A DNA stretch of 64,000 nt, taken from IMG/VR virus record IMGVR_UViG_3300006752_004376, one strand, 5' to 3'. How positions within the stretch are numbered: the stretch's first letter is position 1; each line of letters begins with the position of its first letter. Below are positions 1-9,550 of the stretch, in pieces. The notes under the pieces were generated by a model. The model saw nothing but the letters and a program-made list of their open reading frames with translations, did not search any database and had not been told where the DNA came from. The position numbers and the translations under genes were made by a program. Source of the stretch: an uncultured virus (IMG/VR IMGVR_UViG_3300006752_004376) (Duplodnaviria; Heunggongvirae; Uroviricota; Caudoviricetes).

Positions 1-270
1 CACAACCTGAGCCTATGCCTCAGCCACAGCCAGAACCTATGCCACAGCCAAATACTGAGTCAGCACCACAACCTGAGCCACAACCTGAGCCACAACCTGA
101 GCCACAAACAGAACCACAACCTGAGCCTATGCCAGAGCCGCAAACGGAACCACAACCACAACCACAACCAAGTCCAGCTCCTGCACCAGCTCCTGCGCCA
201 GCACCGGCTCCTGCACCAGCTCCTAAGACACAACCTAAGCCACAGCCTAAACCACAACCTAAACCAAATC
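1..270 (+). repeat. Coding tandem repeat (PQPE/PA/PQPK)n
   Basis: Repeats of CCACAACCTGAG, GCTCCTGCACCA and CAACCTAAA/G. Confidence 0.95.
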
Positions 271-1229
271 CTAGGCTAAGGGTAAATCCAAGACTAAGAC
301 CAGGCCGTGTTAGACCAAGACGTGATTGGGATTGGGGAGGTAGCAGTGACTTATATAAAACAAATTTATACAAATGGACACAAAAATATGGTACATTTGA
401 AAATGAGAATTTAATTAAGAAGTACTTTACATTAAATGAAGGCGGAGCAATGCCTGGTGTAGGTGCTATACATATAGATGAAATAAATCCAACACTAGAA
501 CAATTAGAAAAATCACTAGACTTAGATTTAAAAAACTTTACATTAGGTAGTGTAGGTAAAAGACAATTTAGTGGCGATATAGATGTTGCATTAAACTTAC
601 CTCCAGAAGAGATTCCAGCATTTATAGAGAAACTTAAAAAGAATCCACTTATTAAAGATATAGCAAAATCAAGTGTTATAATGACAAAAGTACAAATTCA
701 AAACTTTGATAAAACAAAAGAAGATGGAAGACCACGTACAGGTTTTGTACAAGTAGATTTTATGCCAGGTGATCCAGGCTGGATGAAAACTTATTATCAT
801 AGTCCAGGAGAAGATGAATCTAAATATAAAGGTGTATATCGTAACATTATGATTGCATCAATGGCGGCACACTTAGATAGACAAGTTAGTGATGCTAAAT
901 TAGAAGATGGTCGTCCAATGGAAGAATTAAGATATATGTGGAGTCCAACTGAAGGATTAATTAGAGTTAAACGTACACCAGTTAGAAATAAAGCAGATAC
1001 TGGTTATACAAAAAAGAATAATAATGAAACTATTGATGGTCCATATAAACAGGCAGACGAGATTGCTAAAATATTAAAATTAGATAGTGCAAAAGATTTG
1101 AATAGTTTTGAATCATTGCTTACAGCAATGCAAAAAAACTGGACAAAAGAAGGTCAACAAAATGTTATTCAAGCATTTAAAGACAACAGCGTTGTACAAG
1201 ATATTGGAGTTCCGGAGGAGTTACAATAA
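1..1229 (+). CDS. Pro-rich repeat protein fused to a Pol-beta-superfamily nucleotidyltransferase (5' end outside window)
   Basis: Frame is open to the window edge; GSVGKRQFSGDIDV (GS..DxD) and VQVDF third Asp. Confidence 0.75.
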   Translation, partial: QPEPMPQPQPEPMPQPNTESAPQPEPQPEPQPEPQTEPQPEPMPEPQTEPQPQPQPSPAPAPAPAPAPAPAPAPKTQPKPQPKPQPKPNPRLRVNPRLRPGRVRPRRDWDWGGSSDLYKTNLYKWTQKYGTFENENLIKKYFTLNEGGAMPGVGAIHIDEINPTLEQLEKSLDLDLKNFTLGSVGKRQFSGDIDVALNLPPEEIPAFIEKLKKNPLIKDIAKSSVIMTKVQIQNFDKTKEDGRPRTGFVQVDFMPGDPGWMKTYYHSPGEDESKYKGVYRNIMIASMAAHLDRQVSDAKLEDGRPMEELRYMWSPTEGLIRVKRTPVRNKADTGYTKKNNNETIDGPYKQADEIAKILKLDSAKDLNSFESLLTAMQKNWTKEGQQNVIQAFKDNSVVQDIGVPEELQ

Positions 1230-1492
1230 TGCTAATTAATGAAATAACTGAAGCATCACCTTGGACTAATATGATGAGAAGAATAAAGCCTGTTGTTAGT
1301 AGAGATAAGTATAGGCGTGTTGCAGAAAAATTACACAAGATATTATTACGTAAAGAAAAAGAAAATGGTGGTGTTTTTAGACATGCACTAGGTTGGTATA
1401 CATATAATATTGGTAATTCACATAAAGATATAGATCATCATGTACTAAAACAATTCTACTTAGATAATTTCGACCCTGTTATATCAGACTAA
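1229..1492 (+). CDS. Hypothetical protein, N-terminal MLINEITE tag
   Basis: ORF coupled to upstream stop (TAATG). Confidence 0.7.
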   Translation: MLINEITEASPWTNMMRRIKPVVSRDKYRRVAEKLHKILLRKEKENGGVFRHALGWYTYNIGNSHKDIDHHVLKQFYLDNFDPVISD

Positions 1493-1498
1493 ATACAT

Positions 1499-1527
1499 TT
1501 GACATATGCAAGTAAACCTTGTATAAT
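1499..1527 (+). promoter_or_regulatory. sigma70-type promoter
   Basis: TTGACA-17-TATAAT, perfect consensus. Confidence 0.85.
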
Positions 1528-1547
1528 AGTTCAAATAAAGAGAATTC

Positions 1548-2726
1548 ATGACAGACAAATATTGTATATATACAAATAACTTTACATTCGTTGACAATGA
1601 CGGGTATGTAGCGTTATGTTGTAAAAACTTAAAAAACAAACTAGATCAATATCATATTAAAGATTATAAATTAAGTGATATTTGGAACAGTCCAGAAATG
1701 CATAGTGTTAGAGCAGAAATTGCCGACGGCGGTGAACCTATGGGTTGCTTTAAATGCTACGATCCAGAACGTGAAGGAGTACGTAGTTTTAGACAAAAAG
1801 CATTAGGAATGATTAATAAAGGTGTTCCATTTCAAGATGAAAAAATACATGCACTTGATTTAAGACTAGGTAATGTATGTAACTTAGCATGTGTAATGTG
1901 CTTTGCAGGTAACAGTAATAAAATATTACAAAATCATAAAACTATGGCAACACATTTTAATTGGAAAGAAGGCCGTTTAGAAAAAGAAGCAAAAAAATAT
2001 CACAAAAGCAATTACGATTGGAGTGATGATCCAAGAGCGTGGGACAACATTATTAGTAGTGTTGACAAAGATTTAAAACATGTATACCTAGCAGGAGGTG
2101 AACCTTTTTATCTTAAAAACTTTCCAACAACAGTACAACGTTTAGGATCACTTGCACCCAATGCTCGTTTTGTTATTAATACAAATGGTACAAGACTACT
2201 AAGAGAAAAAGATTTAGAAAAGTTTAAAACTGTTGAAAATGTAAATTTAAGATTTAGTATTGACGGTTGGGGCAAAGCAAATGATTGGACTAGACAAGAA
2301 GATGTATGGGAAGAAAAAATTGCAGTTATGGACCAATACTATAAAGAATTTAAATTGCGTATATGGGATATTACAGCCAACAGTTTAAGTGTAAGACATA
2401 TTCCACAACTAATAAAATACTTATGGGAACATTACCCAAATGCTAAAGTACAAATAAGACCGGTTATTAACAAAACTGAAGTTCTTATGGAAAACATTCC
2501 AGATAGATTTAAAGCAGAATCATTAAAATTCTTCGAAGACAATAAACAAAAACTAGAAGGTGTTGATCATGTTATAAATGAAATGCGAAGACCTTTTAAC
2601 AATGATCCAAAACGTAAAGCAACAGTTAAACAATTTGTTGAATATTACGATACCTACGGAGCAGTTACAATGGAAAGTTTTGATCCAGAGCTAGCTGATT
2701 GGATCTATGGCGATGCAGAAGAATAG
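1548..2726 (+). CDS. Radical SAM protein with N-terminal SPASM/twitch domain
   Basis: CNLACVMC, GGEP; N-terminal C..LCC..CFKC. Confidence 0.9.
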   Translation: MTDKYCIYTNNFTFVDNDGYVALCCKNLKNKLDQYHIKDYKLSDIWNSPEMHSVRAEIADGGEPMGCFKCYDPEREGVRSFRQKALGMINKGVPFQDEKIHALDLRLGNVCNLACVMCFAGNSNKILQNHKTMATHFNWKEGRLEKEAKKYHKSNYDWSDDPRAWDNIISSVDKDLKHVYLAGGEPFYLKNFPTTVQRLGSLAPNARFVINTNGTRLLREKDLEKFKTVENVNLRFSIDGWGKANDWTRQEDVWEEKIAVMDQYYKEFKLRIWDITANSLSVRHIPQLIKYLWEHYPNAKVQIRPVINKTEVLMENIPDRFKAESLKFFEDNKQKLEGVDHVINEMRRPFNNDPKRKATVKQFVEYYDTYGAVTMESFDPELADWIYGDAEE

Positions 2727-3921
2727 TTTTTGTTCAATTCCTTGGATACACTCAGCAACTAAAACAAATGGTGCAAGCAGAGTATGTTGTTTAATGAGCA
2801 ACTACGACACCGGTAATGGTGGACAAACTGGTCATAATTTTAAAACTCACACAATAGAAGAAATACATAATAGTGAATTTACTCGTAAAATTCGTAAACA
2901 ATTCTTAGCAGGAGAAAAACCTGTTGAATGTGCTACATGTTGGACAAAGGAAGCCAATGGCGGTAAAAGTAGACGTACATTTACAAATAATATGTATAAA
3001 GATATAATTGATTATGATAAAGCAGTTAAGTTAACTACTCCTGATGGCAGTACAACACAAATGCCTATATATTGGGATTTGCGTTTTGGTAATTTATGTA
3101 ATTTAAAATGTGTAATGTGTGGACCACAAAGTAGTAGTATGTGGTATAAAGATTGGGCAAGTGTATATAACACTGACCATTTTTATGATAGTAATACAAA
3201 AATAGAAATTAACAATAAAGATGATTCTAATTATGATTGGTGGAAAAGTGAACACTTCTGGCAACAATTAGAAAATAATATAGATCAATTACAACATGTA
3301 TATCTAGTAGGTGGAGAACCTATGCTTATTGAAAATCATTATGTGTTTTTACAAAAGCTAATAGATAAAGGTGTAAGCAATAATGTTACATTAGAATATG
3401 ATACAAATATTACAAATGTACATCAACGTGCTATTGAGCAATGGAAACATTTTAAAAAACTAATGCTTAGAGTAAGTATAGATGATTTTGGAGAACAAAA
3501 CGATTATATACGTTTTCCTAGTAAATGGTATAAGCTAGATGAAAATATAAAACGTATTGAGGCGTTATTACCAAACACACAAATAGAAATAAGTATTACA
3601 TGGCAAGTACTTAATGCTTTTACATTTTTAAAATTGTTAGATCATTTTAAAAAGTATCACATTAATATAAGAATATTATCAGCACCACGTATGTTTGATT
3701 GTAAACAATTATCTAAGCAATCAAAGCTAGATTTAATAAATATGTATGAGAATTCAGTACATAGACGTAAAATACAACACTTAATAAACTATCTTAGAAT
3801 GACTATGGACTATGAAGGCAATATATACGAATGTGCTGATTTTTTGGAAAGATTAGATGTTTTGAGAAAAACAAGTTGGCAAAATACATTCAAAGACTTG
3901 TTTAAATCGATAAATACTTAA
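2707..3921 (+). CDS. Radical SAM protein with N-terminal SPASM/twitch domain
   Basis: CNLKCVMC, GGEP; FCSIPW..VCC..CATC. Confidence 0.9.
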   Translation: MAMQKNSFCSIPWIHSATKTNGASRVCCLMSNYDTGNGGQTGHNFKTHTIEEIHNSEFTRKIRKQFLAGEKPVECATCWTKEANGGKSRRTFTNNMYKDIIDYDKAVKLTTPDGSTTQMPIYWDLRFGNLCNLKCVMCGPQSSSMWYKDWASVYNTDHFYDSNTKIEINNKDDSNYDWWKSEHFWQQLENNIDQLQHVYLVGGEPMLIENHYVFLQKLIDKGVSNNVTLEYDTNITNVHQRAIEQWKHFKKLMLRVSIDDFGEQNDYIRFPSKWYKLDENIKRIEALLPNTQIEISITWQVLNAFTFLKLLDHFKKYHINIRILSAPRMFDCKQLSKQSKLDLINMYENSVHRRKIQHLINYLRMTMDYEGNIYECADFLERLDVLRKTSWQNTFKDLFKSINT

Positions 3922-3934
3922 AAGGATTACTATT

Positions 3935-4459
3935 ATGAAAATAAACGAAATAGATTGTTGGGATGGTTATAAGAAAAAAGGAACTAAACCCGGCACTGGT
4001 AAAAACAAAGGAAAACGTGTAAATAATTGCGTTAAAGAAGATGGTGTAATAGTTCCTGGTGTTAACACTACAGTAGACGTTAAACCTGGGCAAACTGAAA
4101 AAGAAGCAGCTAAATTCTTTGGCAAAGGTAAGCCTGCAGAACTACATGCAAAAGCACGTAAAAACAGTACACCGCATAACTTATATAACTTAGGGTTAAC
4201 TGAATCACAAGTTAAGTTAATGGAAGCGGTAATTAAACAATCACCAGTTATGGATGTGTTATATAACTTATCATCGAGAAAAGACAATAATCCTTTTCCA
4301 GTTAAGTTTTATAATGACTTAGTAATTAATGTAAAACCTTTAGAAGCAAAGAAAATAGTAATGCTATATTTAGATTCAGATGAAGAAAAGCAAAAAGAGA
4401 TTGAACAATACATTCATACAGTAAATGGATTTAAAGAATTATTACAAAGGATTAGATAA
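3935..4459 (+). CDS. Modular hypothetical protein, MKINEI tag
   Basis: AGGA RBS; TAAATA at 3911-3916. Confidence 0.7.
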   Translation: MKINEIDCWDGYKKKGTKPGTGKNKGKRVNNCVKEDGVIVPGVNTTVDVKPGQTEKEAAKFFGKGKPAELHAKARKNSTPHNLYNLGLTESQVKLMEAVIKQSPVMDVLYNLSSRKDNNPFPVKFYNDLVINVKPLEAKKIVMLYLDSDEEKQKEIEQYIHTVNGFKELLQRIR

Positions 4460-4638
4460 TGCTAATGACCCCAGAACAATTTGCTCATTATGTTGAAAAA
4501 ATAAAAGAGCATGAAAAGAAACGTTTAAGTACAAATGAACGTCTGAAGTACTGGGCAAGATATTTTGGCACTTCTAAAGAAGCACTAGACACTGATGCTG
4601 GTTATGATATGAATTGGTTTGCAGATGATCATAAATGA
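4459..4638 (+). CDS. 59-aa hypothetical protein (absent from ORF track)
   Basis: MLMTPEQFAHYVEK...FADDHK; TAATG coupling; fills the gap. Confidence 0.6.
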   Translation: MLMTPEQFAHYVEKIKEHEKKRLSTNERLKYWARYFGTSKEALDTDAGYDMNWFADDHK

Positions 4639-5194
4639 AATAGTTTCAACTCACCCAGGCCTAAGAGAAGCACTTAATGAAATAGGCAGTACTAGTCAAG
4701 TATATGTTGACATGGACGGTGTTCTTGCAGACTTTTTTGGCGAGTGGCAAAAGTTAATAGGTAGCAACTGGCGTAATGTTAAAAAGATAGAACCTGCATT
4801 ACAGAAGATCAGAGACAAAGATGACTTCTGGCTTACGTTACCTTTACTTCCTCAAGCAAAAAATCTATTAAATATTATTAAAAATGTTAAAGGTAGCTAC
4901 AGTATTCTTAGTAGTCCATTACCAAACGATCCTAACTCAGAGCCACATAAGCGTGAATGGATTGAAAAGAATTTAAGTTTCTTTCCACCTGAGAATGTAA
5001 TTATTACTCACGATAAAGCAAAATATGCTACACAACAAGATGGTACTCCAAATATATTAATTGACGATTTTGGACAAAACATTTCAAAATGGGAAGCAGC
5101 TGGCGGTGAAGGATTTAAACACAAAGATCATAAATTTGAACGTACGGCAAAAGCAATCAAACAATACATGACTACGCCTGCAAAGGAGCAATAA
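4625..5194 (+). CDS. HAD-family 5'(3')-deoxyribonucleotidase (NT5C-like)
   Basis: VDMDGVLADF and LIDD motifs; ATG at 4625 gives MIINEI. Confidence 0.8.
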   Translation: MIINEIVSTHPGLREALNEIGSTSQVYVDMDGVLADFFGEWQKLIGSNWRNVKKIEPALQKIRDKDDFWLTLPLLPQAKNLLNIIKNVKGSYSILSSPLPNDPNSEPHKREWIEKNLSFFPPENVIITHDKAKYATQQDGTPNILIDDFGQNISKWEAAGGEGFKHKDHKFERTAKAIKQYMTTPAKEQ

Positions 5195-5195
5195 A

Positions 5196-6503
5196 ATGCT
5201 GATTAATGAAGTCCTTGTATATGAAGAACGATTAAATGCAACGCCTATTATTAGTCCTGCTATAAAAACCCTTGATAAAGTATTCAAAGACAATAGACAC
5301 GAAATGCGTATAGTTGGAGGAGCAGTACGAGATATTGCTTTAGGAAAATCACCAAAAGATATTGATTTTGCTACAGATGCTACTCCAGATGAAATGATGG
5401 CTATACTTGATAAAGCAGGCATAAGACATAAACCTACAGGATTAGAACACGGTACTATTACTGCTATCCTAGATAACGAACCATTTGAAATTACAACACT
5501 AAGAGCAGACAAAGAAACAGACGGCAGACATGCTGAAGTTGAGTTTGTTAAGAGTTGGGAAGAAGATGCTAAACGTAGAGATTTAACATACAATGCCATG
5601 AGTATGGATATTGATGGAAATGTTTATGACTATTTTGGTGGAATGGATGATTTACAAGATAAAGTCAGTAAGTTTGTAGGTGATGCAGAAAAAAGAATTA
5701 CTGAAGATTATTTAAGAATATTACGTTACTTTCGTTTTCAAGGTAGACTATCAAAGCCTACTTGGGACAAAGATACACTAGAAGCAATTACAAAACATGC
5801 TAAAGGACTATCCGGTATTAGTGCCGAGAGAATATGGCAAGAGATGAGTAAAGTACTTTCAGGACAAAATGTTGCAAGTGTAATATCTATGATAGAAAAA
5901 ACGGGTGTAAGTAAAGTTATTGGATTATCTACTAACAATGCAAATAGTGTAAAAGATAAGAGCAACCCCGTCTTAGCGTTAGCACAATTGGATAATAGCG
6001 TAGATCTTGCTAAACGTTGGAAGTTAAGTAACAACGAAACAGAATTATTAAACTTTTTAGTTAAACACAAAAATGATCCACTTGATCAAAAGAAAGTAGA
6101 AGATATGATTGCTGATGGAGTAAACAAAGACTTAATATCAGCACTAGCAACAATGCAAGGTAAAAGTGTAAACACTGATGCTAAAATACCAAACTTTCCA
6201 TTAACAGGTGCAGACTTAATTGCTAAAGGTATGAAGCCTGGTCCAGAAATGGGTGCAACATTAAACAAATTAAAACAACAATGGAAAGCAAGTAACTTTA
6301 AAGCAACTAAACAAGATTTATTAGGAGAAAACTTTGCAGATGGTAAAGTAAAAGGTAAAAGTAGACCAGGGCGTGTAAAACGTTCAGGTGCTAGTTGTAA
6401 TGGCAGTGTAACAGAACTCAGAGCAAAAGCAAAAAAAGCCAGCGGTGAAAAAGCAAAAATGTACCATTGGTGTGCTAATATGAAATCAGGCAAGAAGAAA
6501 TGA
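5196..6503 (+). CDS. cca: Class II tRNA nucleotidyltransferase (CCA-adding) with extra basic C-terminal module
   Basis: VGGAVRD, DIDFAT, RRDLTYNAM, EDYLRILRYFRF. Confidence 0.9.
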   Translation: MLINEVLVYEERLNATPIISPAIKTLDKVFKDNRHEMRIVGGAVRDIALGKSPKDIDFATDATPDEMMAILDKAGIRHKPTGLEHGTITAILDNEPFEITTLRADKETDGRHAEVEFVKSWEEDAKRRDLTYNAMSMDIDGNVYDYFGGMDDLQDKVSKFVGDAEKRITEDYLRILRYFRFQGRLSKPTWDKDTLEAITKHAKGLSGISAERIWQEMSKVLSGQNVASVISMIEKTGVSKVIGLSTNNANSVKDKSNPVLALAQLDNSVDLAKRWKLSNNETELLNFLVKHKNDPLDQKKVEDMIADGVNKDLISALATMQGKSVNTDAKIPNFPLTGADLIAKGMKPGPEMGATLNKLKQQWKASNFKATKQDLLGENFADGKVKGKSRPGRVKRSGASCNGSVTELRAKAKKASGEKAKMYHWCANMKSGKKK

Positions 6504-6507
6504 TTAT

Positions 6508-6801
6508 ATGGAAAAAATTTATCCAAAATGCGAAAATGCAGAACGTTTGTATGTTACATCAAATAGCCAGATAAGACCTTGTTGTTGGTTAGGTGAAGCA
6601 GGTTCAATAAACAAAAGTCCTAAATGGAATTTAAATACTAATACAATTGAAAATATTCTTGACATTGAATTAAAAAAATATGTAGAGAATTTAAAAAAAG
6701 ATCCTAAAACATGGGCACAAAAAGCATGTTGGAAACAATGTAGTAAACCATTTACTTCAGTAAACAGACCAACAGAAAATTGGGTATATGTAAATGAATA
6801 A
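6508..6801 (+). CDS. Stand-alone SPASM/twitch Fe-S domain
   Basis: PKC..LYVTSNSQIRPCCW..ACWKQC; no CxxxCxxC. Confidence 0.75.
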   Translation: MEKIYPKCENAERLYVTSNSQIRPCCWLGEAGSINKSPKWNLNTNTIENILDIELKKYVENLKKDPKTWAQKACWKQCSKPFTSVNRPTENWVYVNE

Positions 6802-7423
6802 CGGTATGTTACTTCATCTGGAAATGAGCAAGCGTTGTATACTTGAATGTCCAAAATGTCCTAGAACTATATACAAAGGTAGGTATGAAATAGATGATCT
6901 TAATATTGATCATGCAAAAGAATTAGTAATCAAAACTAAACCACGTGTAGTAAATATGTGTGGTAATTTAGGTGATCCAATATATCATCCTAGATTAATA
7001 GAATTTATAACATGGTTAGAAAAAGAAAATTATCATTGGGATCTACATACAAATGGATCAGGTAAAAAAGAAAGTTGGTGGCAAGAATTATATGATTGTT
7101 ATGAAACTAAATACAATAAGATATGGTTCGGAGTTGATGGCTTAGCTGATACTGCTCACAATTATAGAGTTGGTATAAACTGGCAACAATCATTTGATGC
7201 TATGTGCTTAGGAGTAAAACAAGGAAAAGATATTTATTGGCAATGGATACCTTTTAGCTTTAATGAACATCAAATTGATGAGGCTAAAAAGTTAGCTACT
7301 GATAATGGAATTAATCTTGTCCTTAGACTAAGTGCTAGATGGGATGAAAACGATCCGTTAAAACCATCGCCAAAATGGCTTCCAACAGAAGGACATGATG
7401 GCAATATAAAGGAAATATTATGA
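6794..7423 (+). CDS. Radical SAM core without SPASM domain
   Basis: CILECPKC, GNLGDP, TNG. Confidence 0.85.
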   Translation: MNNGMLLHLEMSKRCILECPKCPRTIYKGRYEIDDLNIDHAKELVIKTKPRVVNMCGNLGDPIYHPRLIEFITWLEKENYHWDLHTNGSGKKESWWQELYDCYETKYNKIWFGVDGLADTAHNYRVGINWQQSFDAMCLGVKQGKDIYWQWIPFSFNEHQIDEAKKLATDNGINLVLRLSARWDENDPLKPSPKWLPTEGHDGNIKEIL

Positions 7424-7611
7424 AGGTAAGTGATATATTAAAACTACCCGACATTAAAATAGGTGACGAATTGTTAGTAGGAAAATTTAAAAACCGTAAA
7501 GCAGTTGTAACTGGTTTTGGAGTAGATGACAATAATCAACCTGTATTAAAAACTAATAAAGGTGACCAAAAATTATTCAAACCTAGAATAGTTAAATTAA
7601 TGGACAAGTAA
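7420..7611 (+). CDS. Small hypothetical protein, MKVSDIL tag
   Basis: ATGA overlap, AAGGA RBS. Confidence 0.7.
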   Translation: MKVSDILKLPDIKIGDELLVGKFKNRKAVVTGFGVDDNNQPVLKTNKGDQKLFKPRIVKLMDK

Positions 7612-7612
7612 A

Positions 7613-7993
7613 ATGAAAGTGAGTCTAATAAGACTTAAACCTAGAGATGCGATGCAATTGCGTGGTATTATAGATGAAGATACTGCAATAAAGTGTTATT
7701 TGCAATGGCCCTTTACAAAAAAGGTTGCATTTTCTTTCATTTCACATTATAATACATGGGGTATATGGATTAATAATGGTATACTTGCAGGTGCAGTAGA
7801 AGTTAAAGAAGATTTTGAAACTGCATATTTTGTTGCTAAAAAGTATAGAAATCTAGGTATTGCTACTGAAGCAGTAATACAATGTAAAGATCGTTTTGCA
7901 AATAAACAATTACATTGTATTATCAATCCAGATAATAAAGCAAGTTTAAGGGTAGCTAACAAAGCAAATTTAAGAGTAAATTTCTTTAGCTAA
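7613..7993 (+). CDS. GNAT (RimJ/RimL-like) acetyltransferase
   Basis: YRNLGIATEA and NKASLRV motifs. Confidence 0.8.
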   Translation: MKVSLIRLKPRDAMQLRGIIDEDTAIKCYLQWPFTKKVAFSFISHYNTWGIWINNGILAGAVEVKEDFETAYFVAKKYRNLGIATEAVIQCKDRFANKQLHCIINPDNKASLRVANKANLRVNFFS

Positions 7994-8002
7994 TAAAGTG
8001 TT

Positions 8003-8236
8003 ATGTCAAACAAAAAAATTAAAAAAGACGATATTAAAGAAACACATGGACCAATGAATAGTGTAGCAAAAGAAGATGCATTAGTTTGGGCAGGTGCTCC
8101 AGATGTAAAACACTTGAGCAAATTAGAACCACACAAACGCAGAGAAGTTATTGCTAAAAAGAATAAAGCTAAACTTAGTAGTAAAAAACACGATAGAAAT
8201 ATAAGTAAAAGTATACTTAGAAATATAGAGGAGTAA
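8003..8236 (+). CDS. Basic hypothetical protein
   Basis: ORF in operon. Confidence 0.6.
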   Translation: MSNKKIKKDDIKETHGPMNSVAKEDALVWAGAPDVKHLSKLEPHKRREVIAKKNKAKLSSKKHDRNISKSILRNIEE

Positions 8237-8237
8237 T

Positions 8238-8996
8238 ATGGATTATTCAAAAGTAGATAAAGATGGCAAAGAACTTAATACAGTTCCAAAAGCCAATCAA
8301 GCTAAACAAGCTGGTTATCACGAGAAGTGGTTAAATAACCCAGAAGAATGGGAACCAACAGCAGAAGATATTAAATGTGAACTTCAACTACAAGCATTAA
8401 GTGCAGTTGAGCCTTTAAAGTGGGAAATTGATTTAGGTTGGTTTAAAAAACAAATTAAAGAATATGAAGATAAATGGGTACCTTATCTTAGACGTGAAGG
8501 CGTAGTAAACAACAGAGAAGGGTTATGCTTAGTAGGATTACCAGGCGATGAACCTTGGGATAGTTTAAGCATGCCAGAAGCACGTAGACGTACAGGTCGT
8601 AAACTTAGCGAATTAGACTTTAATCAACCTACACAGTTATATAAAGATTTATCTAGTTTACATCCATTATTAGATTATTGGAAACCTTTAGGACGTACAA
8701 TGATAGTTAATAGTGGAGCAGGAGGATGGTTCCCACCACACAAAGATCAGCCTATGTTAACAAGAGATACATTTAGAGTATGTGCATTTATATCAAATAA
8801 TGTAACACATGATGCTTATGAGTGGGAAATGGATGGACACAGATGGCCCATTAAAGCTGGTGGTGTATACTACATAGACACACGTAAAACGCACAGAACA
8901 CACAGTTGGAAGGATAATAGTATGCATTTAGTAATGAATATTCCTAAAACATGGGAAAATGTTGTTAAGTTAATAAGTGCAACCCTTAATTATTAA
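8238..8996 (+). CDS. 2OG-Fe(II) oxygenase, Asp/Asn beta-hydroxylase-like
   Basis: PPHKD (HxD), distal H in KTHRTH, cupin pattern; GAGGAG RBS. Confidence 0.75.
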   Translation: MDYSKVDKDGKELNTVPKANQAKQAGYHEKWLNNPEEWEPTAEDIKCELQLQALSAVEPLKWEIDLGWFKKQIKEYEDKWVPYLRREGVVNNREGLCLVGLPGDEPWDSLSMPEARRRTGRKLSELDFNQPTQLYKDLSSLHPLLDYWKPLGRTMIVNSGAGGWFPPHKDQPMLTRDTFRVCAFISNNVTHDAYEWEMDGHRWPIKAGGVYYIDTRKTHRTHSWKDNSMHLVMNIPKTWENVVKLISATLNY

Positions 8997-9027
8997 ACCT
9001 TTTGGTATTAATTAGATAAATACTTGT

Positions 9028-9234
9028 ATGAAAATATGTGATATCATAACTGAAGATGCTGATGTAGGAAGTACAATGGCAGGCAATATTGCCAGCGTTT
9101 CGTTTCCTATGACGCCTGGAACTAAGAAAAAGGATGCTCGTAAAGCAGTTGATCCTAAAGGATACCTAGGTGACGGTAAACGTAAAAAGCAGAGTGTAGG
9201 TTATACAGAAGAAGTAAAGGTTATTAGAAGATGA
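9028..9234 (+). CDS. Hypothetical protein, MKICDIITE tag
   Basis: TAAATA 5 nt before ATG. Confidence 0.7.
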   Translation: MKICDIITEDADVGSTMAGNIASVSFPMTPGTKKKDARKAVDPKGYLGDGKRKKQSVGYTEEVKVIRR

Positions 9235-9545
9235 GATTTTCGCAGTTAGATAATGCTAGTATAGAAGAAGAAATATACGACCGTAATCAAGAAGATCCAA
9301 TGAATCCTGAAGTATTAATTCAAGGATACGGAAGACTTAATCTAAAAACTTTAGAAACTAAAGTAGAACGTATGTTTGCTGAATTAGCAGATATGGCAAA
9401 AGATGGTAACTGGAGTAATGTTGAATATAATCTTAATAAAGGTTTAGTACAATCATTTATTAAAGCTATCAATACCACATATGAACAACTAGAAGAAATC
9501 AGAAAACGCGGCGGTAAGAACAGTCGTGGCATTGAAAAAAGGTAA
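9231..9545 (+). CDS. Hypothetical protein
   Basis: ATGA overlap. Confidence 0.7.
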   Translation: MRFSQLDNASIEEEIYDRNQEDPMNPEVLIQGYGRLNLKTLETKVERMFAELADMAKDGNWSNVEYNLNKGLVQSFIKAINTTYEQLEEIRKRGGKNSRGIEKR

Positions 9546-9550
9546 CGACT

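Noticed and set aside
1..270. Short direct repeats as a CRISPR array
   Set aside because: Units are 6-12 nt, in frame, with no unique spacers
20..373. Minus-strand Cys/Gly-rich ORF resembling a RiPP precursor
   Set aside because: It is the antisense shadow of the Pro-rich coding repeat; no promoter or RBS support
5084..6526. Long antisense ORFs over cca (and similar ones elsewhere in the track)
   Set aside because: They lie opposite genes with clear family motifs and have none of their own
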